Positions 1 to 8,839 of a stretch of 58,055 nucleotides of DNA are shown in pieces. Numbering within the stretch: the first letter of the stretch is position 1; every line of letters begins with the position of its first letter. Source of the DNA: Deltaproteobacteria bacterium (GTDB taxonomy: Bacteria > Desulfobacterota > Binatia > UBA1149 > CAYXZP01); the NCBI GenBank assembly GCA_046583395.1, contig JAYGCK010000090.1, positions 1 through 58,055 of the forward strand, read 5' to 3'. The translations under genes were made by a program, and so were the position numbers. The notes under the pieces were generated by a model. That model searched no databases and was not told the DNA's origin. It saw nothing but the letters and a program-made list of their open reading frames with translations.

Positions 1-61
1 TGGTTAAGGGAGAGGTCTGCAAAACCTCCATTCACCGGTTCGAATCCGGTCGCCGCCTCCA
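1..61 (+). tRNA. tRNA-Cys(GCA), 5' end cut off by the window edge
   Basis: D-loop remnant TGGTTAAGG, anticodon arm GAGGT-CTGCAAA-ACCTC, T-arm ACCGG-TTCGAAT-CCGGT, 3' end CGCCGCC-T-CCA (U73 discriminator typical of Cys). Confidence 0.95.
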
Positions 62-92
62 CCGAAGGGAAGTTCCAGTATTGCTTTAGTTG

Positions 93-812
93 TCAGGCCG
101 CCGGCATCTCGGCCGTCCTGAGCGCATCGTAGGTCGCCGGAGCGCCGACAAACAACTCAGTGCGCAGGTCGTCGAGGGGGCGGGACAGTTCGGCCTCCCA
201 ATCGACCGCCGCCAACAGACCGGCCCGGCAACCGCGCCGGTAGGCTTTCCAGTACAGGGCCGCCAGACCACGCACCCCTTCGGCGCGGCCTCTTAGCAGT
301 GCCATGACGACGATGAAGGCGATGCCGAGGTTGCGGGTCTGGGCATAGGTAAAGGCCAGGAGCGCAGCCTCGCCGACCAGGTCGCGTCCGTAGCCGGTCA
401 TCACATGCCAAAGATCGTGGGTGTCGCGCAGACGCAGACCCAGGCGCTCGGCGCGTGGGTCGATGTAGTCGACCTCGTTGGCCTCGCTGGCTGCCACCAG
501 TCCGTCGGGCGTGATTTGCTCGGTGACAATGAAGTCGGCGTAGGCACGCCCGAGGCAGCCCTCGGGCATGGCCCGGAGACCTTCTTGGTCACCCAGCAGT
601 TCGAGCAGGCCGCTTTCGCGTTCGAGCACGCGGCGCCCGGCAGGGTCGGCCAGGACGCGCCGGAACAGGCGTTCATAACTTCGCCAGCCGGCCAGGGCGC
701 GAATGATGACAAAGACCTCTTCGGTGGCCTCGGGGTCAGCCAACAGACGGCGCATCGCGCGCAGGGCCTCGAAGGGGCGCATGCGCCGGGGTTTGACAGC
801 AGTAGCTTTCAC
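93..812 (-). CDS. Coq4-family protein (ubiquinone biosynthesis COQ4-like)
   Basis: HDxxH-x11-E metal motif (THDLWHVMTGYGRDLVGE) and the LxxMPEGxLGxAY segment. Start probably GTG 812 or ATG 782, not 1085. Confidence 0.85.
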   Translation of the reverse strand: MKATAVKPRRMRPFEALRAMRRLLADPEATEEVFVIIRALAGWRSYERLFRRVLADPAGRRVLERESGLLELLGDQEGLRAMPEGCLGRAYADFIVTEQITPDGLVAASEANEVDYIDPRAERLGLRLRDTHDLWHVMTGYGRDLVGEAALLAFTYAQTRNLGIAFIVVMALLRGRAEGVRGLAALYWKAYRRGCRAGLLAAVDWEAELSRPLDDLRTELFVGAPATYDALRTAEMPAA

Positions 813-877
813 GATAGGAACGCCAAGCTGTTTAATTGTCCGCTGGCTTGGATAGTGAGTCAAAAGGGGAGCGACAT

Positions 878-1384
878 ATGCGTGCATCCGACTTCGGTGA
901 GATTGAGACCGAGCTGTCGAGAAGGGTCGAGCGTATCGTGTGGTGCACAACGGCCACGCAGATGCCCGACGGAAGGCTGCGCTCGCGCATCCTGCACCCG
1001 ATTTGGGAAGGATCCCGGGCCTGGGTCGCCACCGGCCGCCACTCCCCAAAAGAGGCCGACCTCGCGGCCAACCGCTACCTTTCACTTAGCTACTGGGACC
1101 CGGCCCACGAACAGGTCTACGCCGAATGCATCTCGCGCTGGGAGGAATCAGCCGAGGAAAAGGCCAGGGTCTGGCGTCTGTTCGGAGATGCACCGGCACC
1201 GATGGGCTACGATCTTGGACTGTTCTGGCCCGACGGTCCTTCAGACTCCAGCTACGGCCTGCTCGAACTCAGCCCCTGGCGCATCGAACTGTCCTCTCTG
1301 GCCGGCCTTATCGCGGGCCGCCCCTCACTGGTCTGGCAGCCCGCCGGCGACCCGCCGCTTAACGCGAGGGCCAACGGCGGCTAA
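878..1384 (+). CDS. Pyridoxamine 5'-phosphate oxidase-like split-barrel flavin/deazaflavin-binding protein
   Basis: Segments TTAT..PDGRLRSRILHP, T.RHSPK..DL..N.YLSLSYW and LLELSPWRIE. SD-like AAGGGGGAG before ATG 878. Confidence 0.8.
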   Translation: MRASDFGEIETELSRRVERIVWCTTATQMPDGRLRSRILHPIWEGSRAWVATGRHSPKEADLAANRYLSLSYWDPAHEQVYAECISRWEESAEEKARVWRLFGDAPAPMGYDLGLFWPDGPSDSSYGLLELSPWRIELSSLAGLIAGRPSLVWQPAGDPPLNARANGG

Positions 1385-1403
1385 CCTGCCCAGGACGCCG
1401 CCT

Positions 1404-1487
1404 GCCGGGGTGGTGGAACTGGTAGACACTGGGGACTTAAAATCCCCTGGGCCAACGCCCGTCCGGGTTCGACTCCCGGCCCCGGCA
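1404..1487 (+). tRNA. tRNA-Leu(TAA)
   Basis: GCCGGGG acceptor pairs with CCCCGGC; D-loop GGAACTGGTAGAC; anticodon arm GGGGA-CTTAAAA-TCCCC; long variable arm; T-loop TTCGACT; CCA not encoded. Confidence 0.95.
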
Positions 1488-1561
1488 TTTCCTACCCCCC
1501 GAGCGGGTGAAAACGGCCGTCCGGGTGGACAATCTCGGCCGACCCCAGCTAACCTGGACGG

Positions 1562-3274
1562 GTGATGCAAGCCGCGACAAGAGGTCTACTGCTCGCCACC
1601 GTGGCAGCCTTTCTGGTGGCCGCCACGGCCACTCAGGCACCTGCCAACCCCTACGTGCTCGGACTGAAATGTGCGTCAGCTAAGCTTAAGGCGGCGGGCA
1701 AGGACTGCATGTGTCGGCACAAAGCGTTGGCAAAAGCAGTGGCCAAAAGCGTCGCCGCAGATTTCGGAAAATGTGCGCCCAAAATTACTAAAGATTTCAA
1801 CAAGGCCGATGTCAAAGGACAGGGGTGGTGCCGCACGGAAGGCGACAGTCAGGCGGTCGATCAGCGAATCGATAACTTCTGCTCAACTGTCAACACAGCG
1901 CTGGTCCCGGCCGGGGACCTCAGTAAGGGCGCCCGCAAGTGCGCAAGCAAGAAGATCAAAGCGGCGGGCAAGCTATGCATGTGCCTCCACAAAGGCCTCT
2001 CAAAAGCTACGATCAAAGGTCTGACCCCTGATTATGCCAAGTGCCAATCCAAATACGCTGCTGCCTTTGCCAAGACCGAAGCCAAGAGCGCCTGCGCCAC
2101 CAATGGCGACACAACGACGGTTGAGGCCCTGATAGACGCCGGCTTCGCCGAGGTTGAGGCCGACCTGCTCGACCTGGGAACCGACGATTTCGCAACACGT
2201 GGCGACTACGGGGTAGGGCATCTAACCCTGGAACTCGTCGACGACACCCGCACGACCCAGGCCAGCGGCTCCCTGCCCGAACTCCCGTCGCGCACGCTGC
2301 CCACCCAAATCTGGTATCCGGCCGATGCGCCGGTATATGTGGACCAACGAGAGGACGCGGCACTGGTAGATGAGGCCAAGAGCTACCCGCTCATAATACG
2401 TTCCCACGGCTTCGGCGGCACGAACATCGACTCGATGGACCTCACCCGCCACCTGGCAAGCCACGGCTACATAGTGGTGGCCCCGACCTTCCCGCTATCG
2501 AACCTCTTCACGCCGGCCGACGCCATGACGCTCCTCGACATTGACGAGCAGGCGCGCGACGTCAGCTTCCTCATCGACACGGTGCTCGGCTGGAACAACG
2601 ATCCCGACCACCTCTTCTACGGCCGCGTGGACAGCAGCCGGATAGGCGCCACCGGCCATTCGCTGGGCGGGGCGACCTCGCTTCTTGCCGGGTTTCACTC
2701 CGAGGTCAGCGATGACCGCATAGAAGCGGTCGTGGCGCTGGCCCCACTGGCCTGTGTTTTTGACGAGGCGATGTATGACTCTGCATCGATCCCTCTCCTG
2801 ATCATGGGCGGCACCGAGGACATGATAACGCCGGTGACGAGCAACGCGGTCATCCCCTACCAGAGGGCCAACCCAATCAAGTACCTGATGCTCATCGAGG
2901 AGGGCACCCACATCGGCTTTGCCAACCTCCTCATAAGCGACCCGGACGCCAACGGCGACGAGGAGCTTTTCTGCGCGCCGCAGTTCCCGCCCGGCAGCCA
3001 GCGGCCCAGTACCGTAGGCATCACGATCCCGGATGACTATCTCGGGGGCGCAGCCACCGGCATCGATACGACGGCGTCGATCTGCGAACCGATCTGCCCG
3101 CTGCCGCCAGACTCGACCATGAACCACAATGTGCAGCAGGAGCTGGTGCAGGCCGGCACGCTGGCCTTCTTCGACTACATACTCGACAGCAACGTGCCGG
3201 CCCGCCGCCTACTTCAGTCGCGCTTGGTCGCCGAGAACGAGTCCGTATCGATGAGCTACGAAGAGGCCGAGTAG
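1562..3274 (+). CDS. Secreted alpha/beta hydrolase (PAF-acetylhydrolase/dienelactone hydrolase-like) with N-terminal tandem Cys/Lys-rich repeats
   Basis: Signal peptide; WYPA, SHGFGG, LASHGYIVVAP, nucleophile GHSLGG, candidate Asp (GTEDMI) and His (EGTHIGF); two CASxKxKAAGKxCMCxHK repeats at the N-terminus. Confidence 0.85.
   Translation: MMQAATRGLLLATVAAFLVAATATQAPANPYVLGLKCASAKLKAAGKDCMCRHKALAKAVAKSVAADFGKCAPKITKDFNKADVKGQGWCRTEGDSQAVDQRIDNFCSTVNTALVPAGDLSKGARKCASKKIKAAGKLCMCLHKGLSKATIKGLTPDYAKCQSKYAAAFAKTEAKSACATNGDTTTVEALIDAGFAEVEADLLDLGTDDFATRGDYGVGHLTLELVDDTRTTQASGSLPELPSRTLPTQIWYPADAPVYVDQREDAALVDEAKSYPLIIRSHGFGGTNIDSMDLTRHLASHGYIVVAPTFPLSNLFTPADAMTLLDIDEQARDVSFLIDTVLGWNNDPDHLFYGRVDSSRIGATGHSLGGATSLLAGFHSEVSDDRIEAVVALAPLACVFDEAMYDSASIPLLIMGGTEDMITPVTSNAVIPYQRANPIKYLMLIEEGTHIGFANLLISDPDANGDEELFCAPQFPPGSQRPSTVGITIPDDYLGGAATGIDTTASICEPICPLPPDSTMNHNVQQELVQAGTLAFFDYILDSNVPARRLLQSRLVAENESVSMSYEEAE
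1670..2135 (+). repeat. Two tandem Cys/Lys/Ala-rich protein repeats (period about 90 aa)
   Basis: CASAKLKAAGKDCMCRHKALAKA...KC...F.K.....C.T.GD versus CASKKIKAAGKLCMCLHKGLSKA...KC...F.K....C.T.GD. Confidence 0.85.
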
Positions 3275-4074
3275 TCCCAGACCATACGGTGCTCGCCGGC
3301 CTCGCCGAGCAGCTCGGCCGGGTTCTTCCTGTCCACGTGGCCGATGAGGCTGTTGTAGACGCCGTAACCGACAAGCTCCCGCAAGCGGGGGGAAAAGCCC
3401 CGCACCGTCTCTCGCGGAACGCCGAGCTGCTGGTTCTCCTGCTGGCGGATGAAACCGGCGCAATAGTTCATGGCGATTCCCACGCGGCGCTCTTGCGAGC
3501 GGTTGGCGCCCCCACCGTGCCAAAGGCTTCCGTGCCAGACCAGCACGCTGCCACGCGACATCTCGCAGGCCACGCTGTCATAATGACTGCTGTACTCGGG
3601 CGATGTCCCTGACTTGTGGGAGCCGGGAACGACGCGGGTCGCGCCGTTGTCCTCGCTAAAATCGGTCAGCGCCCACATGGTGTTACAGATGATCGCCGGA
3701 TGGGGCTTGGGCAAGGGTATCAGTTGGTCGTCGGCATGGATGGGCTGGGCCGTCTCGTCCGGGTTGATGGAGATAGACGACAAGGACGAGATGAGACAGC
3801 CATCGTCGAGCACCCCCTCTACCACCGGCAGGACGGCCTCGTGGACGGGGATGGCCTCGTAGAGACGCCCGTGGGCCAGAAGGTTGTAGATACGAACGGT
3901 GTGCTCGCCCTCAAAATCGTTCTTGATCGGAACCCTCTCTAGGTCGCGCTCAAGACGGAGCAGGTCATCGGTCAAGGCATCGAGCAGGCCGGGCTCGACC
4001 GCCCCCTCGATGACCGTATAGCCGTCCCGCTCTATGCGGGACAGGTGCGCTTCAATCTGCTTCGGCTCCGGCAA
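3256..4074 (-). CDS. Phytanoyl-CoA dioxygenase (PhyH) family Fe(II)/2-oxoglutarate oxygenase
   Basis: HxD in QPIHADD, WALTDFS..NGATRVVPGSH, distal His in LWHGGGANRS..RR, RQQENQ. Confidence 0.9.
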   Translation of the reverse strand: MPEPKQIEAHLSRIERDGYTVIEGAVEPGLLDALTDDLLRLERDLERVPIKNDFEGEHTVRIYNLLAHGRLYEAIPVHEAVLPVVEGVLDDGCLISSLSSISINPDETAQPIHADDQLIPLPKPHPAIICNTMWALTDFSEDNGATRVVPGSHKSGTSPEYSSHYDSVACEMSRGSVLVWHGSLWHGGGANRSQERRVGIAMNYCAGFIRQQENQQLGVPRETVRGFSPRLRELVGYGVYNSLIGHVDRKNPAELLGEAGEHRMVWDYSASS

Positions 4075-4747
4075 GGTGGTCCGCTATGGCCCGTTCCCAT
4101 TCCTCGGGCATGAACATGACCGGGCCTATTCCGCCCTGGTAGGCGACCTGGCCACGGCTATCGACAAGGTAGAGCCGCTCGGGCAGCGCGTTGTAGGCTT
4201 TCATCACCTCGTCGTTCATCTCATCGACCAGCACGGTCGGTTCTAGTTCAAGCCCGAGCGAGCAGGCCTGGGCGACCTCGGTGCGTTCTTCCATAGAACG
4301 GTGCTGGCGGTAGATGATGTCGTCGGTCTCGTTGTGAGAGACCTGCCACCCGTCGCTCGAATGTATCTCTCTGATATAGACGGCGTAAAAATCGACACGG
4401 TCACGATAGGTCCGGTAAATCTCGTTCAGGCGCCCCGCCGAGGCGCGAAAAGGAGGTCAAGTGTAACTGCCGAAGATGAGGGCCACCGGGCGCTTGCCGA
4501 AATGGTCGGACAAGCGAACGCTGCCACCACCATCGACCCGAGGCAGACAGAAGTCGGGCGCCTCGGTGCCCGGCCCGCAGGACCCGGGCTCGCGCTCGAG
4601 CATCTCGCTCACATGCTCGATCGCCAGCGGGTGGCTCATCACCTCGGCCATCTCTTCGGTCGATATCAAAGGTTCGGGACCGTCGGCACTCGCAGCGCGC
4701 TCGGCCATGATGGAGGCTACGAGGGCTTGGACATTTTCTTGGTTCAT
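4052..4747 (-). CDS. Iodothyronine deiodinase-like selenoprotein (231 aa, Sec97 from in-frame TGA at 4457-4459)
   Basis: Manual translation through the TGA is open and joins two ORFs: APDFCL...RPVALIFGSYT-U-PPFRASAGRLNEIYRTYRDRVDFYAVYIREIHSSDGW...LVDEMNDEVMKAYNALPERLYLV...GGIGP. This matches deiodinase motifs FGSxTUPPF, YIxEAHxSDGW and AxPERLY. Confidence 0.92.
4430..4446 (-). promoter_or_regulatory. Putative bacterial SECIS hairpin
   Basis: GCGCCUC-GGC-GGGGCGC stem-loop beginning at the 11th nt after the UGA, with G in the apical loop. Confidence 0.65.
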
Positions 4748-4781
4748 TCGGGCCACGGACAAACCTAAACCCCCGGCGGCC

Positions 4782-5546
4782 TCAACACGAGCCGGCCGAG
4801 ACCGCGTCATCAACGGTATATACCGCGCCGTTGACGTAGGAGGCCTCGTCGGAGGCCAGGAACAAGATGACCGCAGCGACCTCGTCGACCGTCCCCATAC
4901 GACCGCCGGGAAGCCGTTGGCTAAGCTCCTCGCGGCCGCCTGGCAACATGTCAGCCCAGGCCAGCATCGGTGGCGTGGCAATGGTACCCGGACATACGCA
5001 GTTGACCCTGAGACCGCTGGCGGCCCCTTCGAGCGCAGCCGTGCGGGTAAGATGCATGACTGCGGCCTTGGCCGCCCCATATGCGGACAGACCGGGCTCA
5101 CCGCCGAGCCCGGCGGCCGAAGAGATGTTTATCACCGAGCCCGACCCCTGTTCGGACATCACCCGCATAGCGGCGCGGACCCCGTAGAATACCCCGTCGA
5201 GGGTGACCGACATGACCTCGCGCCAGGTCTCATCACTGGTGTCGCCTATCGGTCCGCCGGTCGAACAGGCCGCATTGTTGACCATGACGTCCAAGCGCCC
5301 GTAACGCGACACCGCCTCGCCGACCACTTGGTCGACGGTCTGCGAGAGCGAGACATCACCGACCAATGTCGAAGCGGCCCCACCGGCAGCGGTGATATCG
5401 GCGGCGGCCTGGCCGGCCCGGTCGGCCTCACGATCATTGACCAACACCTGCGCACCCTCGGCTGCAAAGGCCAGGGCCGCGGCGCGGCCTATACCGGAAC
5501 CGGCGCCGGTTATGGCAACGACCTTGTTGGTAAAACGGGTGCTCAA
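4782..5546 (-). CDS. Short-chain dehydrogenase/reductase (SDR)
   Basis: [15 protein letters not shown], YxxxK (YGAAK), RVNCVCPG. Confidence 0.92.
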   Translation of the reverse strand: MSTRFTNKVVAITGAGSGIGRAAALAFAAEGAQVLVNDREADRAGQAAADITAAGGAASTLVGDVSLSQTVDQVVGEAVSRYGRLDVMVNNAACSTGGPIGDTSDETWREVMSVTLDGVFYGVRAAMRVMSEQGSGSVINISSAAGLGGEPGLSAYGAAKAAVMHLTRTAALEGAASGLRVNCVCPGTIATPPMLAWADMLPGGREELSQRLPGGRMGTVDEVAAVILFLASDEASYVNGAVYTVDDAVSAGSC

Positions 5547-6523
5547 GAGGCCCGGGCGCGTTCGGTGGGCGCGCTCATCGGCCTTAGGCCGGCGGCCTCA
5601 AGCATGGCCTCGTCGGCCAGGTGGTCGGGATTGCCGGTGGTCAGCAGTTTGTCACCATAGAAGATTGAGTTGGCGCCGGCCAGGAAGCAGAGCATCTGGC
5701 TTTCCTCGCTCATCTCGGTGCGCCCGGCCGACAAACGAACCACAGAGGCCGGCATCATGATACGTGCGGTGGCCACCATCCGGACCATCTCCATGGCAGC
5801 CACAGGTTCGCAGTCGGCCAGAGGCGTGCCCTCGACCGCGACCAATGCGTTTATCGGAACACTTTCGGGATGACGCGGCTGCGTGGCCAGTTCTACCAGC
5901 ATCGCGCAACGGTCGTCGGTGCTTTCGCCCATGCCGATTATGCCACCCGAACAAACGGTGACGCCGGCATCACGGACATGGGTCAGAGTGTCCAAGCGGT
6001 CCTGATACTGGCGGGTGGTGATTATCTCACCGTAGAACTCCGGCGAGGTATCCAAATTGTGGTTGTAGGCCGTCAGCCCGGCCTCGCCCAAGCGGCGGGC
6101 CTGCTCGGCGGTCAACATGCCAAGGGTCACGCAGGCCTCCATCCCAAGGCCCCTCACGCCACGGACCATTTCGAGCACCGAATCGAACTCGGCTCCGTCA
6201 CGGACCTCGCGCCAGGCCGCGCCCATACAGAACCGGCTCGCTCCGGCCTCGCGGGCCAACGCGGCCTTGGACAGGACGTCGGGCACATCCATGAGTTTCT
6301 CGGCCTCGACCCCGGTCTGGTAGTGGGCAGATTGCGGACAATAGGCGCAATCCTCCGGGCAGGCACCGGTTTTTATCGACAGCAGGGAACAGAGCTGCAC
6401 TTCGGCAGGGTCATGGTGAACCCGGTGCAGGGCCTGGGCCCGGAAGATCAGGTCCGGAAGGGGCAGATCGTGAAGCTCACGGGCCTGCGCGGTGGTCCAG
6501 TCGTGACGTATCTCGTCGGCCAT
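5543..6523 (-). CDS. bioB: Biotin synthase
   Basis: [11 protein letters not shown] radical SAM motif, [42 protein letters not shown]. Confidence 0.97.
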   Translation of the reverse strand: MADEIRHDWTTAQARELHDLPLPDLIFRAQALHRVHHDPAEVQLCSLLSIKTGACPEDCAYCPQSAHYQTGVEAEKLMDVPDVLSKAALAREAGASRFCMGAAWREVRDGAEFDSVLEMVRGVRGLGMEACVTLGMLTAEQARRLGEAGLTAYNHNLDTSPEFYGEIITTRQYQDRLDTLTHVRDAGVTVCSGGIIGMGESTDDRCAMLVELATQPRHPESVPINALVAVEGTPLADCEPVAAMEMVRMVATARIMMPASVVRLSAGRTEMSEESQMLCFLAGANSIFYGDKLLTTGNPDHLADEAMLEAAGLRPMSAPTERARAS

Positions 6524-6529
6524 CGGCGC

Positions 6530-6558
6530 GTTTTATCCAGGCCGGACGCGAGTGGCAA
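6530..6558 (-). promoter_or_regulatory. Sigma70-like promoter for a leaderless bioB transcript
   Basis: TTGCCA-17nt-TAAAAC-6nt-ATG; no SD. Confidence 0.5.
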
Positions 6559-6568
6559 GAAGCTGGTC

Positions 6569-6811
6569 TCAGACCGAGGCGCGACGCTTATCGAACAGAT
6601 AGAGAACCACGGCCACGGTTACCAGACCGGCCAGGGCATTGTCGCCGAGCGCGGCAAAGAGCGCCCCCAGGTTGGTGGCCACGGCCGCGCCCATAAATGG
6701 CACCGAGGGGCCGAACAGCAGATAGATGAGGATGGCAAAGGCCACCAGCAAGACCCCAAGCTCGGTGGCCTGTTTCAGTCCGTTCCTCACGATCCCAATC
6801 ACAGCCGCCAT
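6569..6811 (-). CDS. Small (80 aa) hydrophobic membrane protein of unknown function
   Basis: ATG 6811 preceded by a GGGGGTGAAGG purine tract; 2-3 hydrophobic helices; TE.G..L...AI...LLFG.SVPF.G pattern. Confidence 0.7.
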   Translation of the reverse strand: MAAVIGIVRNGLKQATELGVLLVAFAILIYLLFGPSVPFMGAAVATNLGALFAALGDNALAGLVTVAVVLYLFDKRRASV

Positions 6812-6825
6812 GCCTTCACCCCCAA

Positions 6826-8070
6826 TCAAGTTCGTATTGTAGCAGTATGGTCGGCGGATTTCGCCAAACGGATGACCGTCACCTCCCGCGGGGTGGCCAG
6901 ACGTATCGGCTGGCCTGTGACCCCGAGACCGCAGTTGACGTGGAGAACGCTGCCGCCGGCCCTGTAGGTCCCACGCGCCCACGGGGTGATGAAGCGCGCA
7001 ATCGACAAGGGGCGCCTGCGCGGCCAGGGCAGGGCCAGCTGGCCACCATGGGTATGGCCGGCCAGCACCAGGGACGCACCCAGGCGGGCGGCATGCTTGA
7101 AGAGGTCGGGACGGTGAGTGAGCAGCACGAAGGGGCTGCCCGCGGGTACGCGCTCACAGAGACGGTCGAGACGCTCGTCTCGCTTTAGCCCGCGGAAATG
7201 GTCGGGTCCGCCACGGTCCTCGATGCCCACCACGTGGAGCCTTGCCCCGCCGCTCTCGACCACCGCGACATCGTCACGCAGCACCTCGAAGGTGGTGCCG
7301 CGCCTGAGCAACTCGGCAACACGGTCGGCCCCGCAGTAAACGTCGTGGTTGCCGAGGATGGCGATGACCCCCAGGCGTGCCTCGAGCCGGGCCAGTTGAT
7401 CCATGCCGGCCTCGAGACCGGCAAGGTCGGCCGCAATGTCGCCGGTAATGCATATGAGGTCGGGTGCCAGACGATTGACCTCATCGACGTAAACGCCGAG
7501 CTGCTGGGGCGACATGAAGATGCCCATATGAATGTCGCTTAGCTGAACCACACGCAGCCCGTCGAAGACCTCGGGCAGCCCTTCGATGAACACGTCCAAC
7601 TCCTCGAAGCTGAGCCGGGCCTGGCCGAACACGTAGCCATAGACCATCACGGCAGCGACCATCAACATCCCATAGGCAGAACCACGCAGCGCCAGGGTCC
7701 AGAAAACATCGGGCAAGGGGGCCGCACCCAGAACCGCAGCCAGTTGGGCCAGGACCCAGACGGCGGCAAAGCCGGCATGAACGATTAAGACGCAGCCGAA
7801 GGTGAACAGCGAGATGAAACCCACCGCAAGATGCACGCGGCGCAACATGCCGATTGCTCCGGCCTGCGACAGCGGCAATGCGAAGGCCGCCGAGTTGAGT
7901 CCGAGAAAAACCAGCGGGCCGATAACGTGCGCCCACACCGGGAAGCGTACTTCGAACAGGCCGGCTGCAAACACCGCGATGGTCGTCCACTGGCCGAGCG
8001 CGACAGCGGGGCGCAGGATTGTAAAAAAATTGCGCCAAAACAGGCGTGCGGGATCTTTTAGCACCGACAT
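6826..8070 (-). CDS. Membrane-anchored metallophosphoesterase (YkuE/YaeI-like)
   Basis: N-terminal TM helices; SDIH, ITGD, LGNHD, THRPD, GHTHGGQ. Confidence 0.9.
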   Translation of the reverse strand: MSVLKDPARLFWRNFFTILRPAVALGQWTTIAVFAAGLFEVRFPVWAHVIGPLVFLGLNSAAFALPLSQAGAIGMLRRVHLAVGFISLFTFGCVLIVHAGFAAVWVLAQLAAVLGAAPLPDVFWTLALRGSAYGMLMVAAVMVYGYVFGQARLSFEELDVFIEGLPEVFDGLRVVQLSDIHMGIFMSPQQLGVYVDEVNRLAPDLICITGDIAADLAGLEAGMDQLARLEARLGVIAILGNHDVYCGADRVAELLRRGTTFEVLRDDVAVVESGGARLHVVGIEDRGGPDHFRGLKRDERLDRLCERVPAGSPFVLLTHRPDLFKHAARLGASLVLAGHTHGGQLALPWPRRRPLSIARFITPWARGTYRAGGSVLHVNCGLGVTGQPIRLATPREVTVIRLAKSADHTATIRT

Positions 8071-8088
8071 CGTTCGCCGTTCCCGGCC

Positions 8089-8838
8089 CTAGCGGAACAG
8101 ATCGTCCTCGGGCGGGCGGATCATGTCCCGGGCCCGGCCCTTGCCCGACTGGTAAGCAAAACCCCGAACCAGCACTGCCGGAATGCCATCGGCCTTGCCC
8201 ATGACCATCCCTGCGGCCCCGGCCAACTGGTCGGCAACCGCGACCACTGTGTGCTCGAGCCGGCGCCCGCCACGGTCGAGCCCGCCGCCCAGGTCACGTA
8301 ACACCTCGATACCGGCGGCACCGATGGCCAGGTCTATCTGGCCCAGCCGCCAAGGCCGCCCGAAGGTATCGGACACCACCACGGCCAACTGCTGCCCGAA
8401 ATGGGCCATCAAGGAATCTCGCAGGGAGGCCGCCGAACGGTCGGCGTCCTCGGGAAGGAGGGTGACCTCGTCATCGCCAGCCTGGTTGGAACGGTCGATG
8501 GCCGAGTTAGCACCGACCCAGCCCGGCCCGGTCGCGGTGATAAGATGGCCGTCGCGCATACGCAGGACCTCACGGGCTTCTTTAAGGGCAAGCTCGACCA
8601 GCGGTGGGTCCTTGTCATGACTGCCGGCAAACTCGAGCGCCCGCTCGGAAGGTTCAACATCCGACAGCCTGACCACACGGCCCTCGGCCTTGGAGACGAC
8701 CTTCTGGCAGACAACGACAACGTCGTTCTCGTTGATTCCGACCCGGGAGCTTTCCAGCGCCTCGATGATCTGCTCGGCCAGATCGTCGCCCTCAGCGACT
8801 TCGGGGATTCCCTCGATGGGTATTAGTACGGTAACCAT
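8089..8838 (-). CDS. cofE: Coenzyme F420-0:L-glutamate ligase
   Basis: GIPEV..GDDLA, QKVVSKAEGR, ANSAIDRSN, LLPEDAD.SA, DTFGRPWR.GQ, DQLA.AA.MVMGK, P..DLFR. No C-terminal nitroreductase (FbiB) domain. Confidence 0.95.
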   Translation of the reverse strand: MVTVLIPIEGIPEVAEGDDLAEQIIEALESSRVGINENDVVVVCQKVVSKAEGRVVRLSDVEPSERALEFAGSHDKDPPLVELALKEAREVLRMRDGHLITATGPGWVGANSAIDRSNQAGDDEVTLLPEDADRSAASLRDSLMAHFGQQLAVVVSDTFGRPWRLGQIDLAIGAAGIEVLRDLGGGLDRGGRRLEHTVVAVADQLAGAAGMVMGKADGIPAVLVRGFAYQSGKGRARDMIRPPEDDLFR

Positions 8839-8839
8839 T

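Noticed and set aside
4052-5101. ORFs 4052-4294 and 4457-5101 as two genes or a pseudogene
   Set aside because: They are one frame joined at a TGA in the catalytic Sec position. The part upstream of 4747 overlaps the SDR and is not needed.
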